Assembly: GCA_964604705.1 (NCBI GenBank)
Contig: CAZSAP010000001.1
Span: 363,500-427,499, forward strand
Source: an uncultured bacterium
Lineage (GTDB): Bacteria; Oederibacteriota; JAAXVQ01
Direction of reading: 5' to 3'
Length of the DNA: 64,000 bases
Shown: positions 59,326 to 64,000 of the stretch, in pieces
How positions within the stretch are numbered: the stretch's first letter is position 1
Layout: each line of letters begins with the position of its first letter
The notes under the pieces: generated by a model
What the model was told of the DNA's origin: nothing
What the model saw: the letters and a program-made list of their open reading frames with translations, nothing else
Database searches by the model: none
Made by a program: the position numbers and the translations under genes

Positions 59326-60003
59326 ATGGACAATGATTCCGCACATTCAGCACAAGACTACGATGCCCAGATACGAAAAACCATTCCGTTTTATGACCGT
59401 TTCCATTTCGAGACTCTGGATTTGATTGAAACCTATTCACCGCAATGCACCTCTTGGCTGGACACAGGTTGTGGAACCGGCCATTTTTTGGATCTGGCGC
59501 ATGATGTTTTTCCCCAATGCCGCTTTTTTGCCGCCGACCCATCGGCCGCAATGCTGGAATGCGCAAAAAAACGTTTGCACGACTATCCCGAAATTACGTT
59601 TCTACCGCCGTCTCCCACTGAGTCTTTGCCCGAAGGAATACTGCCCCAACTTCAAGTCATTACCGCCATTCAATCTCATCATTATTTGCAACCCGATGGG
59701 CGACGTTTGGCCACCCAGCGCTGCTATGATCTTTTACAAGCCGGTGGCATCTTGGTTGCCTTTGAAAACTCACATCCTGAGACAGACGCCGGTACCCAAC
59801 TGGGCTTAAAACGCTGGGGCCGCTTCCAGAAAGCCCACGGGCATGATACCGATGCTGTAAGCCAACATGCCGAGCGCTTTGGAACGCATTACTTCCCCAT
59901 TGGCTTGGATGAACAGCGGATTAATTTAACTGCCGCAGGATTTAAAACCGTGGAATTATTTTGGCATTCCTATATGCAAACCGGTTGGTACGCGATTAAG
60001 TAG
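59326..60003 (+). CDS. Class I SAM-dependent methyltransferase, CmoA-like
   Basis: WLDTGCGTGHFLDL SAM motif I. N- and C-terminal blocks resemble carboxy-SAM synthase CmoA from memory. Confidence 0.55.
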   Translation: MDNDSAHSAQDYDAQIRKTIPFYDRFHFETLDLIETYSPQCTSWLDTGCGTGHFLDLAHDVFPQCRFFAADPSAAMLECAKKRLHDYPEITFLPPSPTESLPEGILPQLQVITAIQSHHYLQPDGRRLATQRCYDLLQAGGILVAFENSHPETDAGTQLGLKRWGRFQKAHGHDTDAVSQHAERFGTHYFPIGLDEQRINLTAAGFKTVELFWHSYMQTGWYAIK

Positions 60004-60015
60004 CCAGGAATGATT

Positions 60016-61200
60016 TTAGCCTGCCAGAATGCGCAGCAGAGGCAGCGAAGGTGAAATTCGTTCTACCTTCGATCCGGAACTCAATTCAATCCGATCATGA
60101 CTTGCAAGTTGGGATGGTACGCGAAGGATCTCGCCTGGTTTTACTTTAAACAAAAACCGTTGTTCTTCTGTGGCTTCCCGGGGTGAAAGGGCCAATTCAA
60201 TTCGCCCTTGTGCTCCGCAAACAGACACTGCAATTTTCTTGGTCTTCTCGCGGCGTGGTTCATCCACCACCAACACCTCCAGCAAATCCTGCCGGACTGC
60301 TTTCGAGGCCCGCTTCATCACCAAGGTCGTCATCTTCAACCACGTTTTATGCAAACCCGCCCTGCGTAAAAGATCGTGCACCAATTCAGGTGGTTGCCAC
60401 AGACCTTCTGCATGGCAGCTGTCATCGGCCTTCAAAGCAGGGCATGGTTGGGCATGGGTGCAAGGGTAAACGGGAATCATCCCAGAGGTGATGAGCGCAT
60501 CCCGCAAAGCCAAGGTCGCTTGCGAAGTTGCTTTCAACGCAGGTTCAAGCATCAAGAGCTGACCTTCGGGCTCCAAACAGGCTGATGCGTTCTGCAACAG
60601 CGTCAAGCGCCGCGCATGCGCTTCAGGCTGGTCTTGCCAAAGCTCATTGAGCACATGTTGAAACGAAATCAAGGAATACGTACTTCCACCGGCAGGTATG
60701 TCCGACTGGCGAATCGGGTCCCATGGCATGCTGGTAAGCCTAACCGGCATTCCCTTGAATAAATCCTCAGCCCATTGCAACGCTTTGCGGCTTCGATCCG
60801 CAAGGCGCAATTCCCGAATTCCACAGTCGCAAGCAGCTGCAACCAAGGGACCGGCACCTCCACCCAGATCCAACACGGACGTGGGTCGGTTCGGCAATGC
60901 CGCGAATGCCAACCTGGCCTGCACATACGAAACGGGCCAAAAATATAAAAGATACGCTCCAAACATGACCGGATCAGAAAAATAAAACTCCCCCGCCAAT
61001 TCGCGTCCCCGCGTGAGCCCGTGCGAGAGGCGTTGAATCCCGGCCGCCACACTTTTGGCTTCCGCGGGTGCCAAACGCCCATCCGGCGCATCTTGCCACT
61101 GGCTTTTCGCCTGCTTCCGCCAAAGTTGAATCAAGCGCGGAAGCCAGACTTCCAAATCCCCTGAAATACTTGCGTGATCTACAATCCCTGAACAGGTCAC
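60016..61200 (-). CDS. SAM-dependent methyltransferase with C-terminal Cys cluster (Rsm22-like, putative)
   Basis: VLDLGGGAGPLVAAA motif I. CTHAQPCPALKADDSCHAEG Cys cluster. It overlaps the HD gene by 4 nt. Confidence 0.45.
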   Translation of the reverse strand: MTCSGIVDHASISGDLEVWLPRLIQLWRKQAKSQWQDAPDGRLAPAEAKSVAAGIQRLSHGLTRGRELAGEFYFSDPVMFGAYLLYFWPVSYVQARLAFAALPNRPTSVLDLGGGAGPLVAAACDCGIRELRLADRSRKALQWAEDLFKGMPVRLTSMPWDPIRQSDIPAGGSTYSLISFQHVLNELWQDQPEAHARRLTLLQNASACLEPEGQLLMLEPALKATSQATLALRDALITSGMIPVYPCTHAQPCPALKADDSCHAEGLWQPPELVHDLLRRAGLHKTWLKMTTLVMKRASKAVRQDLLEVLVVDEPRREKTKKIAVSVCGAQGRIELALSPREATEEQRFLFKVKPGEILRVPSQLASHDRIELSSGSKVERISPSLPLLRILAG

Positions 61201-61835
61201 AGCACCCCTTCGGTTTCACGAGTCAAGCGTTCAAAAAAAGCGACCATAAAATCATGACGCTCTTGGGCCAAGCGTTTTCCTTCCGGCGTTAGAATCCGGT
61301 CCTTTACGTTTCGTAGTTTAACCATATATTCGCGATAGGCCGTATCTTCGCTGGTATAGGGTTGCGTTTGCTCAATATCGACTTTCGGATTATGCAACTT
61401 GGCTCCGACTTCCCCAGCAAATAAAAAAGCCCGCCCAATGCCCACCGCGCCAATGGAATCAAGCTTGTCCGCATCGAACAACACTTTGGCTTCAAGGGTC
61501 TGAGGCTCCAATTGGTTACGAAACCGGTGTGTTTCAATGCAATGCGCAATTTGGGAAATCAAGGTTTCTGAAACCTGCATTTCCCGCAACAACACCTGTG
61601 CTTTTTTGGCACCCAGCAGGGCATGATCAAATTTCCCGCTGTTTTGATCCTCTTCACTTCGGGCAATGTCATGCAAAACCGCCGCACACTTCACCAATTC
61701 AACATCCGCACCTTCGACACGAGCAAGATGCTCCGCCATAGCCAAAACCCGTTCGGTGTGCTCCCAGTCATGGGAGCCCCGCGAATCATGAAAAAAGGAC
61801 CTGGCCCGTTCTTGAATGCATTTGAAATCAAGCAT
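61197..61835 (-). CDS. HD-domain phosphohydrolase
   Basis: H..HTERV...A, AAVLHDIAR and DADKLD are the HD motif set. Confidence 0.75.
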   Translation of the reverse strand: MLDFKCIQERARSFFHDSRGSHDWEHTERVLAMAEHLARVEGADVELVKCAAVLHDIARSEEDQNSGKFDHALLGAKKAQVLLREMQVSETLISQIAHCIETHRFRNQLEPQTLEAKVLFDADKLDSIGAVGIGRAFLFAGEVGAKLHNPKVDIEQTQPYTSEDTAYREYMVKLRNVKDRILTPEGKRLAQERHDFMVAFFERLTRETEGVL

Positions 61836-62044
61836 GCATCACCTTCAATAAAACGTATTTTGCCGTACTCTTCCGCATTGTTTTTTACACAGACCCACTC
61901 ATTTGTCAACGTACATGTGCGCCCTTTCACAAGCAATTTTGTGTTTACACTTTTTTAACAACTTCAGCCTGCATTTTAATTATGCACACTCGCCCTTACG
62001 TTCTAGACTCTGAAAGGTTACTGAACACTCAGGAGGTAGCGGCT

Positions 62045-63733
62045 ATGCGTTCGCACGATTTACTTCAATTCGCCATTTATTTCGGAAGCCTGTTGTTGCT
62101 CACGCCGTTGTTGGGACACTTTATGGCTAAGGTCTACGCGAACCAAAAGCACCCATTGCACTTCCTAAAACCATTTGAGAATCTAACCTACACCTTCAGC
62201 GGGATTGATCCGAAACAGGAAATGCGCTGGACTCAGTATCTATCCGGGCTGCTGATTTTCAATGTACTGGGTGTTTTCGCCTTGTTGGGGGTGCAATTGC
62301 TTCAGGCCTATTTGCCGTTCAATCCCCAGAAGCTGCCCAACGTCCCCTTCTGGCTGGCGTTGAACACAGCGGTAAGCTTTGTCACCAATACCAATTGGCA
62401 AAACTATACAGGCGAAACCACGATGAGCTATCTCACACAAATGCTTGGTCTGACAACACAAAACTTCCTGAGTGCGGCTACCGGCATGAGCGTCCTCCTG
62501 GCCCTTGTGCGCGGCATCACCCGTCGCACCTCGGACACCTTGGGAAATGTCTGGGTGGACATCACACGCACCACACTTTACATACTTTTGCCGCTCTCCG
62601 TGCTCTGGGCGTTCTTATTAACCAGCCAAGGGGTGATACAAAACCTCAAACCAAATGTTCATGTGCACACCTTGGAAAAACAAGAACAACTGATTCCCAT
62701 GGGACCCGTGGCCTCGCAAATGGCAATCAAGCACTTGGGTACCAACGGGGGCGGATTCATGAGCCAAAACGCGGCGCACCCGTTTGAGAACCCGACGCCG
62801 TTCTCCAATTATTTGCTCCTATTGGGGCAGATGCTGATTGCCGCAGCCTCCACCTACATGTTCGGGGTCATGGTCAAGGACACCAAACACGCCTGGAGTC
62901 TTTTTGCAGCTATGGCCCTCATATTTATTGTCGCTGTGAGCCTGGCCTGGTTTGCCGAGACACGCTTCAATCCGGTTCTCGGCTCCTCATCCTGGATGGA
63001 AGGTAAAGAAGTGCGCTTCGGAGTGTTTAACAGTATCTACTTCGCCATATCAACCACAGTCACGTCATGCGGTGCGGTCAACGCCATGCACAGCAGCTTC
63101 TCACCCTTGGCCGGGTTGGTGACCTTGGTCAACATACACCTTGGTGAAGTTATTTTTGGTGGCGTGGGTTCAGGGCTGGCGGGCATGATCTTATTTGTTA
63201 TTTTAACCGTCTTTCTGGCCGGGCTCATGGTGGGGCGAACCCCGGAATATTTGGGTAAGAAAATCGAGGCCCAGGAAATGATCTGGACCATCACCGGGTT
63301 ATTGCTCCCGGGATTTGTCATTCTGATTGGAACCGGAGTCGCCTCTGTCACGCCGGCGGCCTTGTCCAGTCTCAGTCATGCCGGCCCCCATGGCCTCTCC
63401 GAATTGCTCTATGCGTACAGTTCGGCTGCCGGCAACAACGGCAGTGCCTTTGCCGGTCTGAGCGGCAATACTTTTTTTTACAATACCACACTGGCCCTGG
63501 CCATGCTCTTGGGGCGGTTTGGCGTCATTATCCCAGCACTGGCCGTGGCCGGCAGCTTGGTGAAGAAAAAATTGGCTCCACCGAACCCCGGCACCTTTCC
63601 GACGAACAACCTTACGTTTGTATTCACGCTTATGGCGGTCATCATCATTGTGGGTGCTTTGACATTTTTTCCAGTCCTGACGTTAGGACCGGTGGTTGAA
63701 CATTTTTTAATGTTGCAAGGCCGAACATTTTAA
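62045..63733 (+). CDS. kdpA: Potassium-transporting ATPase subunit A
   Basis: ATG at 62045 with AGGAGG 8 nt upstream (the track ORF starts at 61982). KdpA selectivity-filter-like G-rich loops. Followed by kdpB. Confidence 0.85.
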   Translation: MRSHDLLQFAIYFGSLLLLTPLLGHFMAKVYANQKHPLHFLKPFENLTYTFSGIDPKQEMRWTQYLSGLLIFNVLGVFALLGVQLLQAYLPFNPQKLPNVPFWLALNTAVSFVTNTNWQNYTGETTMSYLTQMLGLTTQNFLSAATGMSVLLALVRGITRRTSDTLGNVWVDITRTTLYILLPLSVLWAFLLTSQGVIQNLKPNVHVHTLEKQEQLIPMGPVASQMAIKHLGTNGGGFMSQNAAHPFENPTPFSNYLLLLGQMLIAAASTYMFGVMVKDTKHAWSLFAAMALIFIVAVSLAWFAETRFNPVLGSSSWMEGKEVRFGVFNSIYFAISTTVTSCGAVNAMHSSFSPLAGLVTLVNIHLGEVIFGGVGSGLAGMILFVILTVFLAGLMVGRTPEYLGKKIEAQEMIWTITGLLLPGFVILIGTGVASVTPAALSSLSHAGPHGLSELLYAYSSAAGNNGSAFAGLSGNTFFYNTTLALAMLLGRFGVIIPALAVAGSLVKKKLAPPNPGTFPTNNLTFVFTLMAVIIIVGALTFFPVLTLGPVVEHFLMLQGRTF

Positions 63734-63745
63734 TATCTTTTTGTA

Positions 63746-63766
63746 GGGGCGTATTGCATACGCCCC
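63746..63766 (+). other. Perfect 9-bp stem hairpin in the kdpA-kdpB spacer
   Basis: ggggcgtat-tgc-atacgcccc. No U-tract. It lies 5 nt upstream of the GGAGG RBS of kdpB. Confidence 0.4.
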
Positions 63767-63785
63767 ATCCGGAGGTAAATAATTC

Positions 63786-64000
63786 ATGACATCCTTATCC
63801 CCCGCTAAACCAAGCGCCATCTTGGGTGACCCCGTGCTGCTGAAACAAGCGGCTTGGGATGCCTTGATCAAATTTGATCCGCGTGAACAATGGAAAAATC
63901 CGGTTATGTTTGTGGTTTTGCTAGGCGCTCTCTGGGTAACTGGACTGATTTGTTTTGGGAGCTTTTCTTCATTCAATATCCAAATCGCACTGTGGCTTTT
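63786..64000 (+). CDS. kdpB: Potassium-transporting ATPase subunit B (N-terminal fragment; continues beyond the window)
   Basis: ATG at 63786. MTSLSPAKPSAILGDPVLLKQAAWDALIKFDPREQWKNPVMFVV matches the KdpB N-terminus. The ORF is open to the window end. Confidence 0.8.
   Translation, partial: MTSLSPAKPSAILGDPVLLKQAAWDALIKFDPREQWKNPVMFVVLLGALWVTGLICFGSFSSFNIQIALWL

Noticed and set aside
1-64000. Mobile genetic elements (transposase, integrase, phage genes), tRNA/rRNA genes
   Set aside because: No ORF with DDE transposase, tyrosine or serine recombinase, or phage structural signatures was recognised, and no tRNA-like cloverleaf was noticed by eye. The long IR elements are reported as MITE-like candidates only.

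Overview
The window is a 64 kb chromosomal segment (about 55% GC, AAGGAG/GGAGG Shine-Dalgarno motifs, dense coding on both strands). It comes from a bacterium whose secreted proteins carry T9SS-type C-terminal sorting domains, so it is likely an FCB-group or related candidate lineage. I did not pursue a closer taxonomic call.

There are three blocks.

(1) Positions 1-18.2 kb (and again at 36.5-39.5 kb) hold an accessory array of eight paralogous secreted proteins. Each has a signal peptide, a conserved N-terminal 'VTS..DSG.GTLRQAI' (CSLREA-like) motif, right-handed parallel beta-helix (PbH1) repeats, a Thr/Pro-rich linker, and an ~85-aa C-terminal sorting domain ending KVAVVR/K. One member instead carries a DUF285/BspA-type repeat passenger. 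The array shows tandem duplication, mosaic (gene-conversion-like) C-terminal segments, and conserved intergenic modules, including a covarying structured element upstream of two genes.

(2) Positions 18.4-30.8 kb hold a nitrogen-assimilation regulon: GSI glnA, a GAF/sigma-54-activator/Fis-HTH regulator with no receiver domain, two amtB-glnK pairs, an outer-membrane porin and transporters. I found four near-consensus sigma-54 (-24/-12) promoters in this block.

(3) Positions 30.8-64 kb hold mostly housekeeping genes: GNAT, M48 protease, MFS, GH130, a sulfatase-family protein, DUF47-pitA, ilvBN, cstA, hemerythrin, cysK, metY, tatD, tcdA, methyltransferases and kdpAB.

Notable non-coding and unusual features in the third block:
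- a Val-rich leader-peptide attenuator upstream of ilvBN
- three long inverted-repeat hairpin elements: a 39-bp perfect IR, a 31-bp perfect IR, and a 25-bp imperfect IR upstream of metY
- a secreted Prx6-like peroxiredoxin homolog whose peroxidatic Cys codon is replaced by Ala (GCG)

No transposase, integrase, CRISPR array, tRNA or rRNA gene was recognised. All calls are from reading the sequence and motif recollection; no database search was possible.
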